Assembly: GCF_006345805.1 (NCBI RefSeq)
Contig: NC_043000.1
Coordinates: 41,044,001-41,108,000 of the forward strand
Source: Octopus sinensis
Taxonomy: Eukaryota
Length of the DNA: 64,000 nucleotides
Reading direction: 5' to 3'
Below are positions 52,192 through 64,000 of this stretch, one piece after another (within the stretch, counting starts at the first letter, position 1; each line of letters begins with the position of its first letter). A program made the position numbers and the translations under genes. Below the pieces are notes generated by a model. It was given only the letters and a program-made list of their open reading frames with translations, was not told the DNA's origin and searched no databases.

Positions 52192-52222
<31 letters not shown>

Positions 52223-52244
52223 CATACATACATACATACATACA

Positions 52245-52278
<34 letters not shown>

Positions 52279-52789
52279 GTTATATATATGGTCATGAAGG
52301 CACGCTGGCATAAACTGCTACTCTAAATGGAAACCTTACCTGTCATTGTGGTTTTGTGGCACAAAGCAAACCAGGCCTCGCCGTTCGCTCAACAAAATAC
52401 ATAGTAATTAATCCAGAAGTACTCAAGCAAATTGGGTCCTCGACTTGTTCCATTTGCCCAAAAGGTTTGCAAAGAGCCAGCAGGCCTCAAGTGACACATT
52501 CGTGTCTATAGAACATGATTAAAGCTTTATTTTACAGAGCCCTCATTTGTCTGTCGCGACAAGAGAATCTATCATGTGTGTGTGTGTGTGTCTATATATA
52601 CTTATTATATACGCCGCATAGATGAAAGCCTCATCCCCACGAGTCTACTACAACAATTCTCCGCATTTTTTGCCTCTCCCACCAACTTTCAGATTGTCAC
52701 TCCCCTCTTTTCCAATATCATCTGAATCAAAAGATGCACTCCCCATAATATGCGTATATATTCATACACACACACAAACACACACACTA

Positions 52790-54400
52790 CTTCTCCGTAT
52801 GTCTCCTAGTTTATGGATCTGCGTATGGAAAATCTTACTGGAATACCAGTGTATGTCGCAGCTGTAAAGGTTCACAACGGAGTGACAAACCCGAGTGCCT
52901 TAAATGCGTTTCAAGGCTGCGACTGCCAGTTTTGTTTTGGTGTTGTTTCTTTTCTTGGGCCCACTTTTCAGCAAGAAATATCAGGTACTTCTTTCGTCTT
53001 TTTAATCCTTTGCCTAATTTCAGTCTGAAGAATGAGAGATCCCTTGTTAATTATCTCCCATCTTTCAACGTTCGCATTTTGAGACTTCATATTTGCGTTG
53101 CAGAAACCCTTGAGTCAAAGATATGGGTCAATCTTGTGCTACCTTAGAGGGAGCCAACTACTCTAATAGGGGGGTCTTTAAAGTTCCTCCCAACTGACAA
53201 GCTGCTTATGCGACCAAACCAGAGGAAAGATCTTTGTTGGTGTAGAAAAAGAAGTTTCACGTCTGGCAATGGGCTAGAACCTCATTGTCGATTACTCTAA
53301 CAGTTTTCTCTATATTCATAATTTATCTTAGGTTATGCAGATAGAAGCTGTTGAAACACTGCAGCTTTCTAGATTTGATGGTCCAGGCCTCATTCTTCAA
53401 AAGTCATATGCTGAAGTCGCAAGACCTATAGACTGTAAACCTGCACTATTACCTCACTAATACTTGGCTCTGGTTGTCTGCATAGCCAGTGTTGAAGATG
53501 CTCTTCCAATGCGCCTGTTGATCTGACATTCTGGGGTGAGTTTATCCGCAATGATGGATCCATTTATGTGAACTTGTCGATTACCTCCTGCTCGCTTCTA
53601 TTGATAGTAATAGCAAAGAAATATTTTACATCTTGGCACAGTTTAAGCTGGAAACTTGACAAGTTATTGAGAGGTTCTCACACGGTGTTGCAATTGATGC
53701 TACAAATATTCGGTCAGTGCTACATTGTATACAAACAGCATGTCTCTGATGATTACTTTGCATATTTTGGTATTCGCCCTCAGTCGAGATAGACTGAGCA
53801 ATTACCGGTCCGATCTGTGTGAAAGTAAAATTTATCAGTTGAGTACGTCAGCTACAGGCAGCCTTCGACATTTTTCCCATCCAAAAGGGGTTTTAACGCA
53901 ATATTTACATGCTATTATTTATACCTTTACTTTTTTCAAGTTTAGCAGTAAAAATTTTTTATTTATGCTTAACAAGCATGCTTTAGCATTATTGTGTAGA
54001 AGATTATCAAGATGGGATGGACAGGCACACATTGCTGCTTTCACTCCTCTAAGGAAGCTAAAGGCTTCCGAGAAAATTCCATAATACTAAATTACGCCAT
54101 TTTTAATGCTTTTTTGGAATGGGATGACAATCATTAATAGTCTCGAAAAACAACTTATAGGAAGTATTTTGAACAGGCCGTTTTTTCTTAAGATCAGGGG
54201 CCTTTACGGAAAGCGGCGTAAAGTGATTGTCTTTGATTTTAAAATTTTCCTTGTAACTGTCCAAGATCATGTCAAACTGAGAATCTCTTTCAGCGATTTC
54301 CGCAGTCTGTTTTATTTCAAGCAGGTCAAGTTTCATCTTCTTCCTGAAGCACAGCTCTTATGGTGTCAGCACCCGCCTACACCTTTCTCCTCTCAGTGTA
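52790..54400 (-). mobile_element. RTE (BovB-like) LINE relic, RT to C-terminus
   Basis: Minus strand FDMI..QLQGK...GLFKILP; RGVK; SRLRANTKICKVIIRDMLFV; EVIDKFT..GSII...INRRIGRAS; EAWT...FNSFYL..LR; LWFGRI. Confidence 0.88.
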
Positions 54401-54904
54401 GTCAGTTACAACGAATTCAGAAAGTAATTCGCTTCAAGACGTCGAGGCTGTTTGAGATGAGTGCCTGAGAAGTATTATTTAATAATTCGAGTTTGTTCCC
54501 ATTTTTTTTATTTTCTCAATATATTTACAAACACACCCATATATATACACACGCACACACATACACACATGTATCTTTCTACACAAGCACATTGTATAAT
54601 TTTATCTTCGTTAAGTATGTTTCGCGCCTTTTTTTTGACACACGCTCCGCCCATTATCTTTATTTCATTAACAATTGTTTCCCAATTGATAACCATTACT
54701 ATTTGTTTATTCACGTGGCGCATAGTGATATATTTGAAACCAACTTCAATAAGCTCGCGCTTTCATATTCTTTTAATGAAACAATTAACCTTTCTTGTAA
54801 GAGCTTTTACCTATTAAAGATGATATTCCATTTCTACATTTCGTGCGTATTATTTCTTTTAATTGATAGTGCCTAAGCCTGTTTTTACTAACAAACGACT
54901 CCAG

Positions 54905-54954
<50 letters not shown>

Positions 54955-55167
54955 ACATCACACACACACATGCACCCACACGCGCGCGTACACACACACA
55001 CAAACACACACACAGGTATAAATGTATATAATTTCAAAAATTATTGACAGTGACTTCGTAGTTACTGCTAATAAAATCATTAGAATATCTGACGCTATGA
55101 AATAGAAACGTTCATTGTTTTTACGCTTATATTTCTTATAACCACCTTTTGCTCTTCTTTATATATA

Positions 55168-56327
55168 CAGGGGTTGGACAAAAAGTTGGAAACACCTAGC
55201 ATCATAGCATCATAATTTTGAAATAACTATAAAACCGTCAAAAGCTTGTTTATTTTTATGGTTTTTGATTTATTATTGGTGTTGCTTAATATGCTTTGTT
55301 AAACTTGCTGGGTTTTTTTTCAGATATCATCAGAAACGGGTAATTAAAATTCATTAAAATGACAGATCTATTAGACTTTCAAAGAGGTCAAATTGTTGGT
55401 GCTCATGTGGCAGTCGCTAGTGTAACGGAAACAGCCGAAATGTTTGGTGTATCAAGAATCACTGTCTCGAAATTAATGACAGCCTTTGAGAAAGAGGGAA
55501 AAACCTCCTCGTCGAAACAAAACTCTAGAAGAAAACCAAAACTTTCAGACAGGAACCGTCGGACACTGAAGTGAATTGTTAGAAAGGATCATGAAAGTAC
55601 AACTCTCAAAATCACCGCAGAGCTTAATTACCACCTCGAGCATCCAGTTTCCACAAAACTGTTCGCCTGAAGTTGTACAAAGCCGGATTTCACGGGAGGG
55701 CTGCAATCAGAGAAGCACTACTTTCAAACCAAACGTTGCAAAGCATTCAGAGAGGAGTAAAAACCTACAGAATTGGTCCCTAGAGCAGTGGAAGAATGTT
55801 ATTTTCTCGGACGAATCGTCCTTTACCTTATTTCCGACCACCGGCAGAGTATACGTGTGGAGACAACCAAAGAAGCATTTGACCCAGACTGCCTTCTGAT
55901 CATTTTATCTGATCAAATTCATCCCATAGTTGCAAAACTGTTTCCGAAGGGAAACGCAATCTTTCAGGATGATTATGCACCAATTCACACAGCTAAAGTT
56001 GTTAGTGAATGGTACAAGGAGCATTCTAGTGAAGTTGAACATCTTATCTGGCCACCACAGTCCTCAGATCGCAATAGTATTGAACATTTATGGTGCATTT
56101 TGGAAAAACATGTAAGGAGTTGATATCGTTCCCCATCATTACTACAAGAACTAGAGAGTGTTTTAGCTAAAAAATGGACAAAAATTCCTTTGGAAACAAT
56201 TCAAACTTTGAACGAGTCCATACCTCGTAGAAGTCAAGCTGTAATTACTGCCAAAGGCTGTCCTTTCCCATATCAAAATAAATTTGTTTGAAATGTTAAG
56301 GTGTTCCATTATTTTGTCCAACCCCTG
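55168..56327 (+). mobile_element. Tc1-like transposon with DD36E spacing, internally deleted
   Basis: TA-flanked TIRs caggggttggacaaaa / ttttgtccaacccctg; MTDLLDFQRGQIVGA HTH; WKNVIFSDESSF; FQDDYAPIH...WPPQSSDRNSIEHLW. Confidence 0.95.
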
Positions 56328-56354
56328 TATATATATATACATATGTATATATAT

Positions 56355-56425
<71 letters not shown>

Positions 56426-56426
56426 C

Positions 56427-57170
<744 letters not shown>

Positions 57171-57860
57171 ACATACACATTCTATATATGTACATATATA
57201 TATGTATATTTATTTATGTATGTATACATATATGTATATGTGTATACACATATATATATACATATGCATATGTATGATTATGTGTTTGTATATATATATG
57301 TGTGTGTGTGTATACTTTTACATATCTCCATATACACAGGGATATATACGTCCATTTTAAAAATACTTCCTGCACTTCAGTTGTATCCTCAATCCTCATT
57401 GTCAAAAGACAAGAGGATAGTGCTATATATTATGAAAGGAGGGTTACCGTTTGGATTGTGGGACTGATAGGAGACTGAATCTCCGACCCCTCTTCCACCA
57501 AATTGCAAGTACAAGGTCAGTAATTTGGTGGAGAGGGAAGAAATCGATACCTCGATATCAGTGTTCATTTGGCACTTTAGTTTATCGACCCCGAAAGGAT
57601 GAAAAGCAAACTCGACCTAAGCGGAAATTGAAAAATGCCGATAAGCATTTTGTCTACCGCGCTAGCGATTCTGCCAGCTTGCTGCCGTCAACAAAAATAA
57701 CAACGACGACGATGACTACAACAATAACACATCAAAAGAGTAACAAGTATTGGAGAGTAGCGAGACATGCAGTGCTTTAATTCTTGTTTAATAGTTTTAA
57801 TCAGAGACGGGATAAACAACAATTTGGGTAAGACAGCACTACGTGGTAGGTCAATATTCT

Positions 57861-58403
57861 ACAGGGTGGTCTCCTCTACCAAAAAGTAATGAGAACAATA
57901 GAAGAACAAGTAATGCAGTAATCCGAAGCACAAACTGGATTTAGTTTATTCACTTTCATTGACGCTGTCACACATCGAGAAGGTCTGTATGAAAGCCATC
58001 ATTTTCGTGGCACAAAATTATGCGTCGCCATGCCATGTGTGATATTTCTGGAAGCTGTGTTTTGGTGATTGTTGCAAAGGCTCTCCGAACGGCGTCCTTC
58101 AACTGATGGCTATTCTGGTATCGTTTATGTGAAACTCTCTCCTTGATAATCCCACAGAGCGTCATCGCAAGATGTGAGGTCTGGACTTCTAGGAGGCCAA
58201 TCGACAAGTACTGATAGTTGTTGCGATCCTCGCCCTATCCATCTATCCCGAAAGACTTAATTTGGGTATTCCCAGACAGTGATAGCATAGTGGAGTGGGG
58301 CACATATGTTACTAAAACAAAAAAAAAATAATGATAATAATGACAATAATAAACAATAGTTTATTATTATAGTAGTGGGTAACAAGACTTTCGGAACACC
58401 CTG
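57861..58403 (-). mobile_element. Deleted mariner-like element (rosa/DD41D-like C-terminus)
   Basis: APLHYAITVWEY...FRDRWIGRGS...WPPRSPDLTSCD..LW; ta|cagggtg and caccctg|ta ends match over only 7 bp. Confidence 0.7.
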
Positions 58404-58473
58404 TACATATTACCAATAGTTATGAGACTAGGATTAGTTAGAATAATCTGTTCAGTCCGACTGTCTCTCGAAA

Positions 58474-58512
<39 letters not shown>

Positions 58513-59038
58513 TAATAATAATAATAATAAAACACAGATAAGGAAATAAAATTAAAAACACAAATATGAGTGTGTTTGTTGCTTCTATTGAAGCAGGTAT
58601 AAATTTTGTACTCCAACACCATATCTACTCGGTTAGTTAATTCACGGATATCCTTTCAGGGAACTGAAACGACGCTGAGTTAACAAAGGAGACTCTCTAC
58701 TAAAAAAACAAAAACTCTAATTGGTAGTAATAGCAACCAAATCTCCTTTCAATCATATTCCACAAACTTTTAAAGCAATATATTAGATAATGTGGGGGCT
58801 AGATAGTTTGAATAAAAGATAGGAGAGTCAAGGTTGGATTGGTTTGGATAATAGGTTTGCGTAATCAAGTTTGACTTGAGTTTAAACAATAACGACTGCA
58901 ATTAGAACAACTAAACTGTCGGTTTATGATTTCTTTTTTCGCCAGATTCTAATCCTGAGCTCAAGTATTCCGTTACATCTAGGAAAGGTACTAAACAAGA
59001 CACGACTCTTTCTGTTTGTCTGTCCGTCTGTCTGTCTG

Positions 59039-59078
<40 letters not shown>

Positions 59079-59345
59079 CACACACACACATATTTCTTTC
59101 GCTCTAGTTCTCTCCCCACCATCTCTCTTTCTCTCTTTATATATGTGTGTGCGTGTGTGTATATATGTATACACACACACGTATATATAGCTGTATCTCT
59201 CTCACTCTAGCTCGCTGTCCTCTCTCTCTCTCTCTCGCTTTCATTCTCTTTCATTCTCTTTCCCCGCTCATGTTCTCATTCTTATTACTCATTCTTACTC
59301 CTTCATATTAATACTTCATATTGGGACATCTCTTCATCGAAAACC

Positions 59346-59515
59346 GGTGATTGTCGTACGCCGACAACAGGTCAATACCGAGAAACTGCAGTCCGAGCGT
59401 ATCAGTTAGGTTGACGAGGGAGGGGTGACCTCCCTTTGCAAATACCATAAGGGCACAGAAAGTGTGCCTAAAGCCAGCTGGAGACGATGTTCTCCTAGGG
59501 CTACAAGCTACAGTA
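59346..59515 (+). mobile_element. Short hammerhead-bearing repeat, copy 2 (core decayed)
   Basis: cgtacg-CCGACAA-caggtcaataccga-GAAAC-tgca-GTC-cgagcg followed by sequence homologous to 3320-3438 (minus). Confidence 0.6.
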
Positions 59516-61119
59516 ACACCCACCCTTGGTGGTTAGCCATATTGAGATGGCAAGTATACCTCACATATTAATACTATTTTGAATATAAGAACTTTCTCGT
59601 GTTACTATACATTTCGAAAAGATATAATGAAGCGAATTTCCTTCCCTTTCTTTCTCACTGTCTGTCTCTCCCTCTCTTACTAACTCACTCGTTTCAGTTC
59701 GTCAGGAGAATACGCAAAATGAAACGCAACCCTATACATCAGGAAAAGGCATTGAACAAACACCTTTTACTCTCTCACTCTCACTAACTCCTTCTATCCT
59801 CCTCTTTCACTCTATCACCCATACATACAGTTTCACGCATTTCTTACAATATTTATGGAGAAGGCGTAGAACGAAACGCCACTCAATCTATTATTATTAT
59901 ACTAGCTGGCTAATAGTGGTATTTTATATATAAATATAGATGGAAAATCAAATTAATACACTTGTCAATGTTATCTAGTGGTTGTCTTTTGAAATGTGAC
60001 ATCGATCAACTTTTGTTATTGAGAGAACGCTGTTTCACACATACAAACTTTCACGCACACACGCACACACATATACACATATACTCACACAGAGTTGAAA
60101 CGCTGTTTGGTTTTTCGTTTCAGCGTTGAATGCTCACCATTCCACTTCCATTGTACAGACACTGACACACACACACACACACACACACACAAATTCATAC
60201 GTCTCCCTTTTACACAAACACACACATATACTCACATAGAGTTGAAACTCTCCTACTACCAGCTTGCCATCACTCCTTCCTTGCTTACTCATCTATCACC
60301 CCTTCCTTTCTCATACACTTGTTGTGACGGAGAAAAATACAAGAGTATTATTGTAGTAGATGTCAAGCGATAATGCAGAACGAAACACATCTCGCTATAT
60401 TGATAATCATCTGGAGAAGACGCAAAACGGAAGACAACTCTTTCTGATCAAACGAGTTCCAATCGGGAGTATTCCACTTCTTTCTTCCTTTCTTTCTTTC
60501 TTTCTCTCTTTCTTTCTTTATCACTTTCTCACTCTATCACCCGTCCCTCATCCTCACCCTTCCCCCACCTTCCCCTCTCTTCTCATAAATAAGACTTAAT
60601 ATTTTCTATCGCTTAGTATTTCGTAGCTATTTGTTTTCCACTGATGGGAAAAATCAACGAGGCATTAAATTTTACTAAACAATGTATCTTTTTCAGGTTT
60701 GCTTTGTTCTAAAGACTCTCCTCGTTTCTATGCCATTCAATTTCCATTATCACTTAACTAGCTGAAATAATAAACATAATTAATCTTAGTAGTGTGCTTT
60801 TCTTCTTATTAATGAGATATTTGCTAACCTATATCATCTATCTCTAAGACAAGTGGTAATTATCTGCTCTTATAAAGAAATAAGTCGTACACTTAACCTA
60901 CATATGTTATTATATATGAAAAATTAACCTATGATGTGCAACTGTGTATCTGTGTGTATGTGTGTGCGTACGTGTGTGTATATATATATATATATATATT
61001 CATATACACACACATACATATACATTTACGCTTATAAATAAAATGTGAGTGATCACGTATATATATATATATATGTATGTAATATGTATATATATATGTA
61101 TATATATGTATATATATAC

Positions 61120-61150
<31 letters not shown>

Positions 61151-61261
61151 GTATATATATATATATATATAATATATATATATATATACGTGATCACTCA
61201 CATATATATGTATGTATGTATATATGTATATATATATATATATATCGAGAGAGAGAGAGAG

Positions 61262-61295
<34 letters not shown>

Positions 61296-61497
61296 AGAGA
61301 GTTTTTGAAGTGAAGTACAGATATTGTATATTTAGAATAATAAGGTATTGAGAATGCTGGCTGATTATATATATATTTTTTTTTTTTTTTATTTACATTT
61401 TATTTACATTTTTAGCTCTTTCTTCCGTTATCGGATTTATCAGAGAAATATATATGAATATATACGTACACATACATATACAAAAACCTATATACTA

Positions 61498-61794
61498 CAA
61501 TGAAAAATTCGGACGCAAGGAAGTTAATCTTCTTAAGTTATTAATCCTAGAAAAGTACAGGAAAAGTTATTATATCTGGAAAAGTACAGGACAAGCATAT
61601 TTATATTAAAGTATTGCAGCTATAGTTTATACTAAAAATATTGTAGCAGTAATTTATACTTAAAATATTGCAGTAATGTTTTAAGTATAGATATGCCTGT
61701 CCTATAATTTTCCAGGTGTAATAATTTGTCATATACTTTTCCAGGTTTACTAACTTAAGAATATTAACCCCCATGCGTCTGCATTTTTTCATTG
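61498..61794. mobile_element. Fold-back MITE-like element, about 115-bp imperfect TIRs with internal sub-repeats
   Basis: caatgaaaaattcggacgca...ttcttaagtta...ctggaaaagtacaggacaagcatat mirrored by atatgcctgtcctataattttccagg...taacttaagaa...tgcgtctgcattttttcattg. Confidence 0.75.
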
Positions 61795-63237
61795 AAATCC
61801 ACTTTTTTTCAGGCAATGCAATTAGATTAATAATAGTGACAATTAATAATTTATATTTTTACCTGATTAAATTTTTTCATTTTACTTAATACTTTTGTTA
61901 AATAATTTTTCAATTATTTTTCATGTTTGATGATTGAATTAAGATAAGAAGAAGTATTAATCTAAATAAATATAAAATGAAATGTAAGAGCACTTTAGTT
62001 ATACTGGCTCACGATAAAATCGTAAATTGTAACTAAGAGCGGATGCATCCACTCTGCGGAAAGTAGGGCCATGCTCTCATTGTAGAACACCCATCACCTT
62101 TGTAGAGAAAATTACTAGAATAAATTAAAAGAAATAGATTTATGCCAGAAAGGTGGTGCGTATTTACAACTTGATGCTAGACTTCAAGCAGTGTTAGATT
62201 GCTAACATATTAGTTAATTTGTAAATAAGTGCTAGTTTGTTAGATCATACAAAAATTAAAAAAAATTAAAAAATCAAAAAAAAATCGGTGACTGGTGAAT
62301 CTGCAACTTTGTCCCTTGTAGTAATTAAAAAACACTAATTGCTGTACCGAAGATGCTAAATATTGATTTAAACTACCTAAATACAAGATATAGACAATCA
62401 ATATTTTAGTCAATCAAACAATCATTCAAACTAAAAAGTTGATTAATTATGAGAATTATAATTGTAAGTTTAATTTAGTATTCAATCATTAATTAGTAAC
62501 TAAAAGAAGCAAAAAACAAGAAATACACCAATTTGATTCAAATTATTCAAACATTTTTGTTTTATTTATTTCAACACGCATGTGCACCTTTTTGTTTGGC
62601 TTTTAACTTTTTAGGTTAAATATTTTATTATTGAGATAAGAACTAAACCATTGTAAAATTGTCAAACTGAAATGAGCTCTTTTGATTAGGAGAAGGTCGC
62701 CGGGAATCGAACTAGCGACCTTACGATCGTGAGCCGAATACCCTAATCACGCAATTTCACATTTTTTTTTATATATAATTGTTTGTAAATAAACAAATCA
62801 ATCAATTAAACGTCAGATTTTTGTCACTTTTTACCCATACCTTTTTTCTACAAATATATTTGTGGATCCCATTGCAATGGAACAAGACTATATAAATTGT
62901 GTATGGCAAAAATATATATAATCCTTATGAACTCACATGAACCAGGAGGCTACCTGAACTCCAGGACGGAAGCCGTGGGGAGTTGTCCACATTTTCGGAA
63001 ATTTTTACTTCAAATTTGGAAAACCTAACTATCAAGCGAAGGAAGATAACTCGCCCGCCCATAAATTTTAAGAGGAATATTTCTTGAGCTATCATCGACG
63101 TTCTTATGTTAAAAAAAAAACATTCTTTTCAGAGAACAGTTATAGTTTAGAGAAACTGGAGAGATGTTTAGTTCACGCTAGATATGAAAACAATGGCTTT
63201 TTTCTAAGCTGTTACGTTACACATAAAAATATATATT

Positions 63238-63625
63238 ATTTTACTTGTTTCAGTCATTTGACTTGGCCGTGCTGCAGCACCGCCCTAAATGGTTTTTCAG
63301 TCGAAGAAATCAACCCAAGGACTTATTCTTTGTAAGCCTAGTACTTATTCTATCGGTGTCTTTTTACCGAGCAGCTAGGTCACTGAGATGTAAACACACC
63401 AACATCGGTTGTCAAGTGATGGTGGTGGTGGGAAAACACAGACAAAAAGGAATGCAAATAAATATATACATATATATATATATATATATGACGGGCTTCT
63501 TTCAGTTTCCGTCTACCAAAATCCACTCGCAAGGCTTTGATTGGCCCGAGGCTATAGTAGAAGACACTTGCTCGGAACCATGTGGTTGGGAAACAAGCTT
63601 CCTACCACACAGCCACGCCTGCACC
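63238..63625 (-). mobile_element. SINE family B
   Basis: ttacttgtttcagtcatttgac...acgggcttctttcagtttccgtctacc...accacacagccacgcctgcacc. Confidence 0.9.
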
Positions 63626-63644
63626 TATATATATATATATATAT

Positions 63645-63837
63645 ATTGATCAAAATAAAAATAAAAATAAAAATAAAAACATGAGGCGAAGGATTCCGCT
63701 GAATCCTTCGCCTCATGTTTTTATTTTTATTTTTATTTTTATTTTTATTTTGATCAATTTACTCCACCACCTACACCACCAAACGGTATACACAGGTGCT
63801 TATAATTATCAAGTACTCACCCCGAATTTCTACACTC

Positions 63838-63840
<3 letters not shown>
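63645..63840 (+). repeat. 114-nt palindrome plus about 82-nt tail inside (TA)n
   Basis: attgatcaaaa(taaaaa)4catgaggcgaaggattc-cgct-gaatccttcgcctcatg(ttttta)5ttttgatcaat. Confidence 0.92.
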
Positions 63841-63874
<34 letters not shown>

Positions 63875-63880
63875 TATACA

Positions 63881-63912
<32 letters not shown>

Positions 63913-64000
63913 CTATATATAAACTATATATGTGTGTGTATATACATATACATATATACAATGAGAGAGAGAGAGAGAGAGATTGATAGATAGATATACA

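Overview
Eukaryotic, AT-rich, microsatellite-saturated window. The SINE families and TE mix suggest an octopod cephalopod (Octopus-like); this is an inference from repeat content only. No intact host gene can be supported. There is one weak candidate exon (474-617) and several decayed, membrane-protein-like (possibly GPCR) segments at 2.7-7.2 kb. The rest is a TE graveyard: three tRNA-derived SINE families, Tc1/mariner relics (DD37D maT-like, DD36E, rosa-like, mariner MITE), a Tigger/pogo relic, Merlin-like and hAT-like MITEs, Helitron pieces, RTE, CR1 and R4/Dong LINE relics, and many Penelope-like element (PLE) remnants sitting in (TA)n. Most notable: (i) several type-I hammerhead-ribozyme motifs, including a U3:A8 covariant, a long-stem-II variant and a two-copy short ribozyme-bearing element; (ii) young 184-bp SINE units stacked at one fixed hairpin-loop site inside older copies of the same SINE; (iii) a ~14-unit palindromic repeat/spacer array with an internal inversion; (iv) a SINE flanked by a 206-bp direct repeat; (v) many fold-back palindromes anchored on (TA)n. 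A 100-N assembly gap lies at 23398-23497. Coordinates were read by eye and may be off by a few bases, more for degraded relics.
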